A stretch of DNA of 64,000 nucleotides, from the NCBI GenBank assembly GCA_017499595.2, contig CM039006.1, forward strand, positions 868,001 to 932,000, given 5' to 3'. The stretch is from Psilocybe cubensis. Its lineage: Eukaryota. Below, piece after piece: positions 25,682 to 36,911 of this stretch (its first letter is position 1; the number at the start of each line of letters is the position of its first letter). Position numbers and translations under genes: made by a program. The notes under the pieces are model-generated. The model saw nothing but the letters and a program-made list of their open reading frames with translations. It searched no databases and was not told where the DNA came from.

Positions 25682-27631
25682 GAATTCAACGAGATGGGAT
25701 ACAACAAGAATGTTCAAAGAACTGGTTAATCTGTAATTATAAATCTCCACACGGACGGATACTCCGGGTTAATTTGACGGAAGACCTTATCCGCGGCCCG
25801 CCCCAGATCATTCCACATGGCAATCTGCTTTTGAGCATTTGCCCTGTGACCAACTAACCTGTCAGGAACAAAATCATGCCGTGCACGCCATGTCTTTGCC
25901 ATATACACATAAAATCTGACAGTCCATTCCATTTCCTTTTTTGTCAAGGCCAGCTCTTCTTGCCATCTATTCCTCTGAGCTCGCGCGCGGAGCCAGTTTA
26001 GCCTGAAGACTAAGAAGCCCTTGAGAAAAAAATTAGAAATACAAATAGCAGTACTCACACTCATTAACGTATAATTGATTATCATTGTCCAGGCCCTGAC
26101 GGGATCTCCAAATCCAACTTAGACGGTCCGAGCTTCCTCCGCGAATGTTCGGATCCGACACGGCATTACTATGCTTGCAATCATGGACTTGCAGAATGGG
26201 ATATTGTTTCCGAATATTATCCTTGTCTCGCACGCCAGCAGATAAATAGATCATCTTCTGACGGTTTGTGTTGTAGAGTCGCCGGTGCAATTTCCAGGAA
26301 GCATTCAAAAGCTTGACGCCATCCCAAGCACGAGTCCCCATATAGACGGAGTCGGCGGTCCGAACCTGATATTTATACTGCCAAGAAAGCTGGATCAAGG
26401 CTGACCGGACCGCTTCCAGACAGTCTTCTGCGTGGCCATGTCTTATTTGAAGTTCAAGTTTGCGAAGCCCTTTTAAAATGAGGTTTGTTCCCGCGTCAAG
26501 GCCGTCAAAGAAATCTTGTTTGACGGCGGAGGGAAACGGAAGCGGCTGTCGTTCCGGATCCGCGCGGGTAATGTTGACATTTCCAAGATCAGGATCGTCG
26601 TTGTCACTGACTTCATAGTCAAGTATGGGAGCGATGTCCCCTTGAATATCCTCCAAGACATCTTCGCCCATGAAGGTCATAGCGGATCGACAGAAGGCTT
26701 CAACGCGGGTCCGCATGGAGCAACGTTTATTGACCAAGTCAAGTTTCTGCGCGGTGGAAGGATGCTTTCCGAGCTTTCTGACATGGTCCCTGAGCTCCAA
26801 TCTAAAAGCATGTTAAATTCTGTAGGATGCAATTGAAATAATCGTACTGCGCTTGCTCCAGTTTTAAGCCGGATGATATCCATGCTGCCTTTCCAGTAGC
26901 ACCATTAGATGTAAGTTCCATATTTGAAAGATGCAATTCAATTTCTTGGCGTCCAGCAGCCGTTTTCACTTTGCTTGCCATTACCTTGCCAACAGCGTCG
27001 GCCACACCTTGTTCTCGGTCCGCTTCTGCTTTTGAAATTTCATCTTCCCAAGTGTTGATGAGCCCGGAATCTTGTTGATCCGTGATACCCCTATAAAATC
27101 GGTCTGTGATTCCGGACTGTTCCCGTGCCCGTTTGAACTTTGCAGCAATTGTTGCAGCCATATTAATGGTCTTCTTCCAGTTGGAATCCCCCATGTGGTC
27201 GTCCAAAACCTCTGCTCGATGGGCAGTGGTAGCGGAACGTGTACTCCGGGATGTGTCATTTAACACGGACCACAACGGCTCCAGGATTTCTCCGTCAATG
27301 ATTCCCACACCCGGGACATAGGTGGATGCGTAGTTGTAAAGACATTCCGTCTTGTGCCCGTGGACGTGAAATAAACCAATTGCAAAAATCATTTTAACAG
27401 AAGGTGGCCAATGCATTTTTGTGGACTCTGAGAGACGCCTTGCCAAGTTAACGCAATATTGACAGTTTATATCGTAGATTTCCAAATGTTTTGTGATTCC
27501 CTGTGTGTTGGTAGTTTCCCTGGCCTGAGTCAAAGACCAATCCATGTGCATCTGCTTTTCGCCTTTGTCAAAATCGACAACGCTGGATGGACAGAAGCAT
27601 CCGTGCCTAGCGCAAGCGTGTGCCCCAATTC

Positions 27632-28081
27632 TGTCAGGGTTTCTCCAGTTTCCCCTCTTTATCTTCACAGAATTATCTTATCCTTTCATTATCTTATCAA
27701 TTATCTGATTAGATAGTTTATTTCTTTCATCACAGCCTTTTTGCTCCACTTCTTTCTAGTAAATTCTATATGATTCCTAGTCTTACTCATCCTTTTTCTA
27801 TATGATGTCACTTTTATTCTTTAACCTTCCTTTATGATGTAATGTAGGGAATATTCTAGAATAGCTGTAGAGTATAAATACTGGACTTGTAGGTAGCTGT
27901 AGCTTCAGCTTCAATCTCTTAGGATATCCACTATCATTGGTGTGATCTCTTAGAATCATTGAGTCTCTCCCACTCTCTTATTCTCTCTTTGCTCTCTTAC
28001 TCTCCCTCTGCTCTCTCTCTCTCTCCCTTGCTTGATCTTTGTTGGTGGCCTTGTCACACTGATTATAGTGTTGCCCTGACA
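27632..28081 (+). repeat. 5' LTR
   Basis: Direct repeat of 33561-34010 with no difference seen by eye. TATAAATA at 27873. Confidence 0.97.
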
Positions 28082-28572
28082 GAAGATTGAAGCTCTCTCA
28101 AGACAACTCCACCATCTCTCTTTTAACACCAAACTCTTCAACCTCTTCAACCTCTTCAACATCATCACCTCAACCTTCTTCCCCCACTTCCAACCCACCA
28201 ACCTCTTCATCAACCTCTTCACCAATCTTCTTACCAACCTCTACATCTCCACCAATCTTCAACATCCTCCTCAAGACCTTTCCTCAAGACCTTTGGCTCA
28301 TCATCTTTCCTACTCTCTGTTGTGTGCTGTGTGTGAACTTAGTAGATAGGGATACCAACTGTTGGGGCAGACACAGTCCTACTAGTGTTCTGTTTTTGGT
28401 GGTCTAGGAAATATCCAGTAACCCTGTGATCCTAGGTTTAGAGCCCTGAGTGGTGTGACAACTGGGTATCCAGTAGATAGATATTTTTTAGAATACTTAG
28501 TATAGTTTCAAGGGCACTTTTAGTAGATAGCTTCTCCCACACACACATCAGAGAGCCTACCTACCCCTACCC

Positions 28573-29682
28573 ATGGACATGGACCCCTCCCAATTGCCTC
28601 CCACCACTCCTTCTGTGGAAGAGCTCATGCATCAGGTCCAGCTCCTTACCCAAGAGTTGAATTTTCTTAGACAGCAGCAGCAGTCATCACCCACTCCACC
28701 ACACCCTCAGCAACCAGTCAGTCAGTCACCATCATCACCACCACCACCACCACCTGCTGCTCTAGATATTCACTCTTTCCCTACCCCTCATGTTGCCCCT
28801 TCCTGTTCACACTCTGTCATTAAAGTCTCACCTCCAGATCCATTTGATGGTTCTATGGAGAAGGCAGAAAACTTCCTCAGTCAGCTCAAATTATATTTCT
28901 ATGGGAAAGGGATTACAGATGACTTTCAGAAAGTTATTTGTGCTCTATCTCATATGAAAGGAGGTACTGCTGGGAAGTGGGCATATGAGAAGACTAAAGT
29001 AATAGACAATGCTCAGTCCCAAGAAGGTCTTTGGGCTGACTTTGTTTATGAATTTAGGGAAGTGTTTGCAGATCCAGACCCCTCCAACACAGCTAAACAT
29101 AAAATGCACATGCTCAAGCAAGGCAGACAGACTGCTGATGAGTATGTTGCTAGCTTCAGGGCTCTGATCTCAGATACTGGGTATAATGATGCTGCTTTGG
29201 TAGACCAATTCAAGGCTGGGCTCAATGAAAATCTCAGGAATGCAGTCTACTATGTTCCTGACATGCCCAAAACCTTGGATGGATGGATTAAATGGAGTAC
29301 TAGGCTAGATAGGCAGTGGAGACAGAGTGAGGCCTTTACCAAGTCTCTTTCCTCCTCCTCATCTTCTCCCTTTCTTAAAGCCCCAACTCCCAAGGCTGTT
29401 CCTAAGCCTACTCCAAATCCTCCAGTCTTTTCCAACAGCAGCTCAAGGACCTTTGGTGCTCAGGCAAAGCAACCAGATGTAGTTCCCATGGAGGTTGACT
29501 CTGGATGGAAGTTAGTTAGGCCAATTGTTTGCTTCAAGTGCAGAAAGCCTGGTCATAAGGCTGTAAACTGCAGGTCATCAGTTAACATCAATGCTATGAC
29601 CCATGAAGAACTGGCTGACTACTTTGGGAAATTAATCTTAGAAGGCAAGGAGCAGAAAGATGAGGAAAAGAAAAATTTTTAG
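28573..29682 (+). CDS. gag: Gag (retrotransposon gag domain plus CCHC zinc knuckle)
   Basis: Motifs PDPFDG, LKQG..TADEY..F..L, FKAGL, PMEVD and CFKCRKPGHKAVNC. Confidence 0.95.
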   Translation: MDMDPSQLPPTTPSVEELMHQVQLLTQELNFLRQQQQSSPTPPHPQQPVSQSPSSPPPPPPAALDIHSFPTPHVAPSCSHSVIKVSPPDPFDGSMEKAENFLSQLKLYFYGKGITDDFQKVICALSHMKGGTAGKWAYEKTKVIDNAQSQEGLWADFVYEFREVFADPDPSNTAKHKMHMLKQGRQTADEYVASFRALISDTGYNDAALVDQFKAGLNENLRNAVYYVPDMPKTLDGWIKWSTRLDRQWRQSEAFTKSLSSSSSSPFLKAPTPKAVPKPTPNPPVFSNSSSRTFGAQAKQPDVVPMEVDSGWKLVRPIVCFKCRKPGHKAVNCRSSVNINAMTHEELADYFGKLILEGKEQKDEEKKNF

Positions 29683-32600
29683 AAGCACCATTGGTGAAAG
29701 ACATGTCCCAATGGAATAGATTTAATGTACTAGAAAATGAAATTGACAGACTTGATCCTCAGTCTTCAGATTCTGGTGCAGAAATCATGTCTTCTTCTTC
29801 CTCTCTTTCTACCTTCCCTGAAAAGATCTACATCCTCAACCATAATCCTAAAACCTCTACCCATTTGTCTGTCATCTTAAAGACAATGGACACAGAGAAA
29901 AGGTTATCTGTTAATGCTTTGCTTGATTCTGGAGCTACTGGCCTCTTTCTGCATTCTGGTTTTGTGAAGTATCATAATCTCAACACAAGGAAACTTCCTA
30001 GAGCCATTCCAGTCTATAATGTTGATGGTACTCTCAACAAGAGTGGCTCTATCCATGAGGAAGTAGACTTAATTATGGTACACAAGAACCATACAGAAAG
30101 GGCCACCTTTGCTGTTTGTGACTTGGGAGACAAATCTGCTATCATTGGACATACTTGGCTTTGGCACCATAATCCAGATGTTGATTGGAAGACAGGGGAT
30201 GTTCAGTTTATTAGATGTCCCTCTGACTGCCAAATGGAAGCCAAAAGAGCTAGAAGAAAGAGGCAGAGAATAGCTGCAGTCAAAAGGAGGAAACTCCCTC
30301 AATTTGATGAAGAAGAAGATGATTCTATTGAAGATTCTTCTGATTCTGAGATTGAGCCTGAGGACAGAATTTTCATCTCATACCTTCATCCTCAGAAGCA
30401 GTCTATTAATGCTACTTCTACTATGTCTCAAAGATTAGCAGAAGAGTCTCATCAGCAAGCTGATTCTCCTAAGAAAACCTTTGAAGAAACTGTCCCTAAG
30501 CACTATCACCAGTTTAAAGGTGTTTTTTCAAAGGAATCTTTTGATAGGCTACCAGACAGGAAGCCTTGGGATCATGCTATCGAGCTGAAACCTGGTTCTG
30601 AACCTTATAGATCCAAGATTTATCCTCTCTCTCCCAATGAACAAAAGGAACTTGATGCCTTTTTAGAGGAAAATCTGAAGTCTGGCAGGATTAGACCCTC
30701 CAAGTCACCTATGGCCTCTCCTGTATTCTTTGTCAAGAAGAAGGATGGATCTCTTAGGCTTGTCCAGGACTATAGGAAACTGAATGAAATGACCATCAAG
30801 AACTCCTACCCCCTTCCATTGATTTCTGACATTATCACCAAACTCAGCAAAGCCAAATACTTCACCAAACTTGATGTTAGGTGGGGATTTAACAATGTCA
30901 GAATCAAAAAGGGAGATGAATGGAAAGCAGCCTTTAGAACCAATAGAGGGCTGTTTGAACCATTGGTCATGTTCTTTGGTTTAACCAATAGTCCTGCTAC
31001 CTTCCAAACTATGATGAATGATATCTTTATTGAGCTCATTGATGGAAATGTTGTCATTGTCTACATGGATGACATTTTAATTTTCACTGAGACTCTTGAT
31101 CATCATAGAGAGGTAGTCAAGCAAGTTCTGCAAATCCTAGAACAGAACAAACTCTACCTTAAAGCAGAGAAATGTGAATTTGAAAAGGAAAAGATTGAAT
31201 ATCTTGGACTAATCATTTCACAAGGCAGGATTGAGATGGATCCTGTCAAGGTAGAGGGAGTTTCTAAATGGCCTGAACCTGAAAATGTCAAGGATGTCCA
31301 ATCATTCTTGGGATTTGTTAATTTTTATAGAAGGTTTATAGAGGATTTTGCAGACATTGCTAAGCCCCTTCATGAATTGACAAAGAAAGGAACAGTCTGG
31401 AGATGGAGTCTTAGACAGCAGGAAGCCTTTGACCAGTTAAAGAAGAAAGTCACTTCTTCACCTGTCTTGATTTTCCCTGATGATAACAAGCCATATAAAG
31501 TTGAAGCAGACAGTTCAGATTATGCTACTGGGGCTGTTTTATCTCAGGAAGGATCAGATGGAAAATGGCATCCTGTAGCCTTTATGTCTAAGAGTCTATC
31601 TGAAGTAGAAAGGAATTATGAGATCCATGACAAAGAGATGCTGGCTATTATCAGAGCACTAGATGAATGGAGACATTATCTTGAAGGAACCCAACATTCC
31701 TTTGAGATTTGGACAGACCACAAAAACTTAGAGTACTTTATGGTTGCCCAAAAGCTCAGCAGAAGGCAAGCCAGATGGTCACTCTTCCTGTCCAGATTTG
31801 ATTTTACTCTTCATCATAGGCCTGGTAAAAGATCTCTTAAGCCAGATGCTTTGTCTAGGAGACCAGATCATAAAAAGGGAGAGAATGATAATCAAAATGT
31901 AGTTCTCCTCAAACCTTCCTACTTTAAAATCCAGGCTCTCAAGCAGGGTCATGCTACCATTACTGGTGCAGAAAATGATCTTCTTAAGAAGATTAGAGAA
32001 GCTAAGGAGATGGATGAAAAGGTGGTCAAGGCAGTTCAGGAGCTCAAGAAATCTTCTACCAAGAAGATTGAAGGACAGGAATGGTCAGAAGAACAAGGCC
32101 TTATTCTCTACAGGGGGAAGGTGTATGTTCCCAAGGACAAAGATCTTAGAAGAAAGATTGTGGAACTGCACCATGATGCCTTCATTGCTGGACATCCAGG
32201 GAAATGGAAGACAATTGAGCTAGTCTCTAGGAATTATTGGTGGCCAGGAATGTCACATTTTATTGCAGCCTATACCAGAGGTTGTGATAGATGCAACAGA
32301 ACCAAAACCTTTCCAGCCAAACCTCTTGGCCTTTTAATTCCTACTGAGATTTCCTCTGATGTCTGGCAATGCATCTCTGTGGACTTTATTATGGGGTTAC
32401 CAGAATGTCAAGGGTATAATGCCATTATGGTGGTTGTGGATAGACTTAGTAAAATGATCCACATTATCCCTACTACAGATGAAGTCACTTCTGAAGGGAC
32501 AGCCAGACTATACAGAGATTATGTCTGGAAACACCATGGCTTACCCATTAAAATTCTGTGTGATAGAGGTCCACAGTTTGTCTCAAGGTTTATGAAAGAA

Positions 32601-33560
32601 CTCAACTCAATACTTGGTATCCAGACAGCCTCATCTACAGCCTACCATCCCCAAACTGATGGTCAGACTGAAAGAGTTAACCAAGAAATTGAGCAGTATC
32701 TTAGACTCTTTATAAACCATAGACAAGATGATTGGGTTGAATGGTTAGCTTTAGCTGAATTCTCTTATAACAATAGAGTTCAGGCTTCAACCAGGCAGAC
32801 ACCATTCATGCTTAATAATGGCAGACATCCCAGAATGGGCACTGAACCCCTTAGAGATAGTAAAATGGACACTGTGGATACCTTTGTGAAAAATTTGGAA
32901 GAAGCCAGGAAAGAAGCAGAGTCTGCACTTAGAAAAGCTGCTGATGATATGGCTAAATTCTATAATAGACACAGAGGTACTCCAACTCAGTACAAAGTTG
33001 GGGATTTGGTATGGTTGGATGGCAAGGACCTTAAAACTGATAGGCCCTCCAAGAAATTGGATGATAAAAGATATGGGCCTTACAAAATTACCAAAGTTAT
33101 TAGCCCTAATGCCTATGAGCTTAAGCTGCCATCTACCATGAAAATCCATCCAGTGTTCAATGTGGTTAAACTTCTACCTTATCACCCAGATATTGTAGGA
33201 AGAAAGCCTCCTTCTAGACCACCACCTGTCATTCAAGGAGAAAATCCTGAGTGGGAAGTTGAATTTATCAAGGACAGCAGACTTTTTAGAAACAAACTTC
33301 AATATTTGGTCAAGTGGAAGAACTATCCTAATGAAGAATGCACTTGGGAGCCTGCAGAGCATTTGAAAAATGCTTCTAAGGCTATCAAGGACTTCCATGC
33401 CAAACATCCTTCAGCACCTAGAAGGATTTCTGCTGTGACCTTTGATAGACTTTCTTTCACTCCTATTATTAACTTTACTGAACCTCCTCCTCTTCTTAAA
33501 CCCTCTAAACTAACCCATCCATGTGCACATTGTGGAAAATGTGCCTTAGAGAGGGGGTGA
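29673..33560 (+). CDS. pol: Pol: protease, reverse transcriptase, RNase H, integrase, chromodomain; in the -1 frame relative to gag
   Basis: LLDSGAT, YMDD, EADSSDYATGAVL, H-H-C-C zinc finger and DDE integrase, YGPYKI, and chromodomain WEVEFIKDSR..YLVKWKNY..TWEP. Confidence 0.97.
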   Translation, partial: KFLEAPLVKDMSQWNRFNVLENEIDRLDPQSSDSGAEIMSSSSSLSTFPEKIYILNHNPKTSTHLSVILKTMDTEKRLSVNALLDSGATGLFLHSGFVKYHNLNTRKLPRAIPVYNVDGTLNKSGSIHEEVDLIMVHKNHTERATFAVCDLGDKSAIIGHTWLWHHNPDVDWKTGDVQFIRCPSDCQMEAKRARRKRQRIAAVKRRKLPQFDEEEDDSIEDSSDSEIEPEDRIFISYLHPQKQSINATSTMSQRLAEESHQQADSPKKTFEETVPKHYHQFKGVFSKESFDRLPDRKPWDHAIELKPGSEPYRSKIYPLSPNEQKELDAFLEENLKSGRIRPSKSPMASPVFFVKKKDGSLRLVQDYRKLNEMTIKNSYPLPLISDIITKLSKAKYFTKLDVRWGFNNVRIKKGDEWKAAFRTNRGLFEPLVMFFGLTNSPATFQTMMNDIFIELIDGNVVIVYMDDILIFTETLDHHREVVKQVLQILEQNKLYLKAEKCEFEKEKIEYLGLIISQGRIEMDPVKVEGVSKWPEPENVKDVQSFLGFVNFYRRFIEDFADIAKPLHELTKKGTVWRWSLRQQEAFDQLKKKVTSSPVLIFPDDNKPYKVEADSSDYATGAVLSQEGSDGKWHPVAFMSKSLSEVERNYEIHDKEMLAIIRALDEWRHYLEGTQHSFEIWTDHKNLEYFMVAQKLSRRQARWSLFLSRFDFTLHHRPGKRSLKPDALSRRPDHKKGENDNQNVVLLKPSYFKIQALKQGHATITGAENDLLKKIREAKEMDEKVVKAVQELKKSSTKKIEGQEWSEEQGLILYRGKVYVPKDKDLRRKIVELHHDAFIAGHPGKWKTIELVSRNYWWPGMSHFIAAYTRGCDRCNRTKTFPAKPLGLLIPTEISSDVWQCISVDFIMGLPECQGYNAIMVVVDRLSKMIHIIPTTDEVTSEGTARLYRDYVWKHHGLPIKILCDRGPQFVSRFMKELNSILGIQTASSTAYHPQTDGQTERVNQEIEQYLRLFINHRQDDWVEWLALAEFSYNNRVQASTRQTPFMLNNGRHPRMGTEPLRDSKMDTVDTFVKNLEEARKEAESALRKAADDMAKFYNRHRGTPTQYKVGDLVWLDGKDLKTDRPSKKLDDKRYGPYKITKVISPNAYELKLPSTMKIHPVFNVVKLLPYHPDIVGRKPPSRPPPVIQGENPEWEVEFIKDSRLFRNKLQYLVKWKNYPNEECTWEPAEHLKNASKAIKDFHAKHPSAPRRISAVTFDRLSFTPIINFTEPPPLLKPSKLTHPCAHCGKCALERG

Positions 33561-34010
33561 TGTCAGGGTTTCTCCAGTTTCCCCTCTTTATCTTCACAGA
33601 ATTATCTTATCCTTTCATTATCTTATCAATTATCTGATTAGATAGTTTATTTCTTTCATCACAGCCTTTTTGCTCCACTTCTTTCTAGTAAATTCTATAT
33701 GATTCCTAGTCTTACTCATCCTTTTTCTATATGATGTCACTTTTATTCTTTAACCTTCCTTTATGATGTAATGTAGGGAATATTCTAGAATAGCTGTAGA
33801 GTATAAATACTGGACTTGTAGGTAGCTGTAGCTTCAGCTTCAATCTCTTAGGATATCCACTATCATTGGTGTGATCTCTTAGAATCATTGAGTCTCTCCC
33901 ACTCTCTTATTCTCTCTTTGCTCTCTTACTCTCCCTCTGCTCTCTCTCTCTCTCCCTTGCTTGATCTTTGTTGGTGGCCTTGTCACACTGATTATAGTGT
34001 TGCCCTGACA
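33561..34010 (+). repeat. 3' LTR
   Basis: Direct repeat of 27632-28081. Confidence 0.97.
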
Positions 34011-34098
34011 AATTCCACATACTCTCTTACCCGGGCTGACTCTGTTTTCAGCTTTCTGGGCGTGGTAGTTATGACATGTTTGTTCCTGATATTTTTTT

Positions 34099-34200
34099 AC
34101 ACGGAGGATAAGCCATCCGCCGTGGAAGATTTTTTTGACACGGAAGGGAAGCATCCGCCGTGGAAGATTGTGACACGGAACGTAAGCATCCGCCGTGAAA
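34099..34200. repeat. Three ~35-bp tandem units inside an intron of the KDZ transposase
   Basis: Unit ACACGGA-n-CATCCGCCGTG(GAAGATT) repeated three times between the coding blocks APRYKR and EQTCHNY. Confidence 0.8.
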
Positions 34201-36911
34201 GATAAATCATGGTAGATAACGCACCCGTTTATAACGTGGAGCAAGAGAAATTGCTTCCTTGATGTGCTCCTTGTATGGGCCCGGAGCAGTCATGTATCCT
34301 TCTCCAACGCTCAACCAAACATCGTCTCCCTCGTTTTTCTGATTGAGGTGATCTGCTTTGAAATTACCATCTGCAACATAACTACGTATGTACAGATTGC
34401 TATTTGCTGTTAATTGCAGTCACCCTTGAAGAATAACTAAAACTTGCCTGTCAGCATCATCAATCCAGGTATCAGGTAGGTTTATTCCAGGCTGTGGACA
34501 GGCGGGGCAGAATAAGGCCAACTTCCCTCTCCTATCTTCAACTTTGGGATGATCCTCGGTCCGCGTCATTTGTGGTGCAGGCGGACCATCTAATCCACCG
34601 TGTCCCAGAGACGGGTCCGTTGACATTCCGACTTCTTGAGACGGACTATCAGATCCGCCGTCAATTGGATCAGATACATTAATACCCATCCTCTCTGGTG
34701 ATGAATCATGGCAATGATGATAGTAAGGGACCACCGCTTCTCTTGTATGCCCTTCTCCGTATTGTCGTCTCAGGACAAGGTCCCTGTATTCTCTACTAAG
34801 CCTTCTCAATTCACGATAGCGGTTCAGCACCTTTTTTGGAAACGCTGGCGAAGTCAGTCTTCGCAACTTTTGGTAATACTGATAAGCCGACGTTTTGCAC
34901 TCGAGGTTGTCCATCCGAAAGTCCTCAAGGACCTCAACTGTGAACACAGTTTGAACGTTTTCAAAGCTGGCTGCAAATAATCCCATCTCCAGATACTGTA
35001 AATCAATAGACGGAAGGCGGACGGACCGGCATGTGCATGTTCGCACGGGCAGATAATGGACTCCGGAGGTGTGCACAATTGCCTTGAAAGGAATTCCATT
35101 GTTGTCTGCTGCCTTTGGACGAGGTTGGTCCAGATAGGTTGTATCGACTTCCTCGAATAGATCATCGTCTTCATCGTCTCCATCGTCCAGCTCAACCAAA
35201 TGGGGTACCTCCGGGTCCGCCAGAAGCTGAGCCGTAAAGGATTCTTGGTCATTGCTCGCAGGAAGCGGATCCAGGTCCAATCCGTGTTCATCCTCAAAGA
35301 TGGGCGAATTGTTTCCGCCGTGCCCATGACTCCCGGATGAATTGTTTCCGCCGTCGCATCCTAGATGGCTCGGATCCGTGGGATAAGGACACCGCTTCCC
35401 ATTATGACCCAAATACAACTTGACACCCACTTCCCACAGAGCTCCCGGACGGAAATATAGACCCGTCCACTTCTCAACGCGGTGGAAAGGTGTAAATTGA
35501 TGGTTTCTTCGCAGGCATTCAGAACACAAAATTCTAGAGCCAAAGCATTGGCAACATCTCCACACTCCAGACATTCCTTGACATTGCTGACACCGTCCAT
35601 TCAGATCCGGATCCGGGGCTTCTCCTCCAATCATTGTTCCAAGATACACCTCTCGTTTCGGGAGCCATTCCCTCAGGTAATCATTTTGAGACTGGATAGG
35701 TAAAGTCATCCTGATCATTCTACTGAAAACATGTTAAAACATACCTTTCCTCCCGTTCTGTCGTCATCTAGCTGTCTCAGGTTATCAAGTACCTGCTGAT
35801 CAGTTAGATCTCCCGGATAATGAGGTATTTCTTCTTCCAGAATGTTGTGTTCATGGTTTTGGAAAGAGTAAGTCGTTGTTTGAGGGAGGTTTGTTGATGA
35901 TGATTCTGCAGGAAGTTTGTGGATCCTCGGCCGCCCTCTCTTTCGTTTCTTGGCCCCACTAGACCAGGAGGCCTCCCGAACATTGGGAAACTCCTCATCC
36001 GATCCCCTATCAGGTACTTTCTTGAAGCCCATGGATGTTGGAAACAAAGAGTCTGACAGCCTGTGAGCGCAGATCTAAATGTAGTATAACATGTTTATTT
36101 CTGTAGATAAATTTCCCTCAATTATGCCGTTTTAAAGAGGAGAAAAATAGCTTTCATATGACTTATCTTGCAGCATATTTGGATGAGTGAGTGAAATGTT
36201 ATGAACAAAACTTAATCCAGAGATGCACAAAATGGACGTGATCCCATCATAAATGTACAATATGATGCAGAACGATCCTTTCAGAACCACACTTTGGAGT
36301 GTTTTTGAAATATCTTTTCACTGGCTGGCCCCTCATTCCTCCGGCGTATATCATATGAAAGATATTTTTAATAGCTACCGAATGACATTTTTTGTAGAAT
36401 GTGAATCCTCGTATTTAAGGAGATATTCTCAATATACTAGAAAATGTGTCAAAATGAGCTCACTGGGATCATTATATTTTTTGAAAAAAATTATGCATTT
36501 GAATACCTCTCATGGTCTCTGAGATGACTGCCGTTTTGGGTTTCACAAGTTTTGGGTGAGAAGACGTGAATTTGAATTTTGTGTTTCTGTATCTTTACAG
36601 CCATCTAACAAGAATTTAAAACCTTGTAAAATTATCTTTATATAAAGCGCTAAATGTTTACAAAATTTCATGTTTATTGATTGAGTGCAGAGGGAACTAT
36701 TGCAAAATCATGAGGTCAATGTATGTGACAGCGACCAGCATGCTTTGATCATCGTGGCCGACGATGAAGCGGGATTACCTGATTGGGAAAAATATGACAT
36801 CACATCATTCATTTAGTATGATCGGAAGCTTATTTTATCTCCGTATGACGTGAGATTTGACTAGATCACACAGATACTCATCGATAAGCTACTTGTTACA
36901 TCGCTGCAATT

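Larger units (their letters stand above)
27632..34010 (+). mobile_element. Full-length Ty3/gypsy chromovirus LTR retrotransposon
   Basis: Two 450-bp LTRs (TGTCAGGG...CCCTGACA), 5-bp TSD AATTC (27627-27631 / 34011-34015), PPT AGAGAGGGGG before the 3' LTR, and intact gag and pol. Confidence 0.98.
25726..36047 (-). pseudogene. CxC2-domain KDZ transposase interrupted by an LTR retrotransposon
   Basis: Motifs CQQC..WRCCQCFG..CSECLRRNH..PFHRVEKWTG, CxC2-like HTSGVH..CTC..QTVFTVEVLEDF..NLECKTSAYQYY, CPACPQPGINLP, ADGNFKADH, GIGAHACARHG..VDFDKGE, YDINCQY, GLFHVHGH, DGEILEPLWS and WLRARAQRNRWQEE. Removing 27632-34010 plus one TSD restores VCGI-GAHACARH in frame. Confidence 0.92.

Noticed and set aside
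34099-34200. CRISPR-like repeat/spacer pattern
   Set aside because: Eukaryotic intron, three degenerate units, no unique spacers of regular length, no cas genes.
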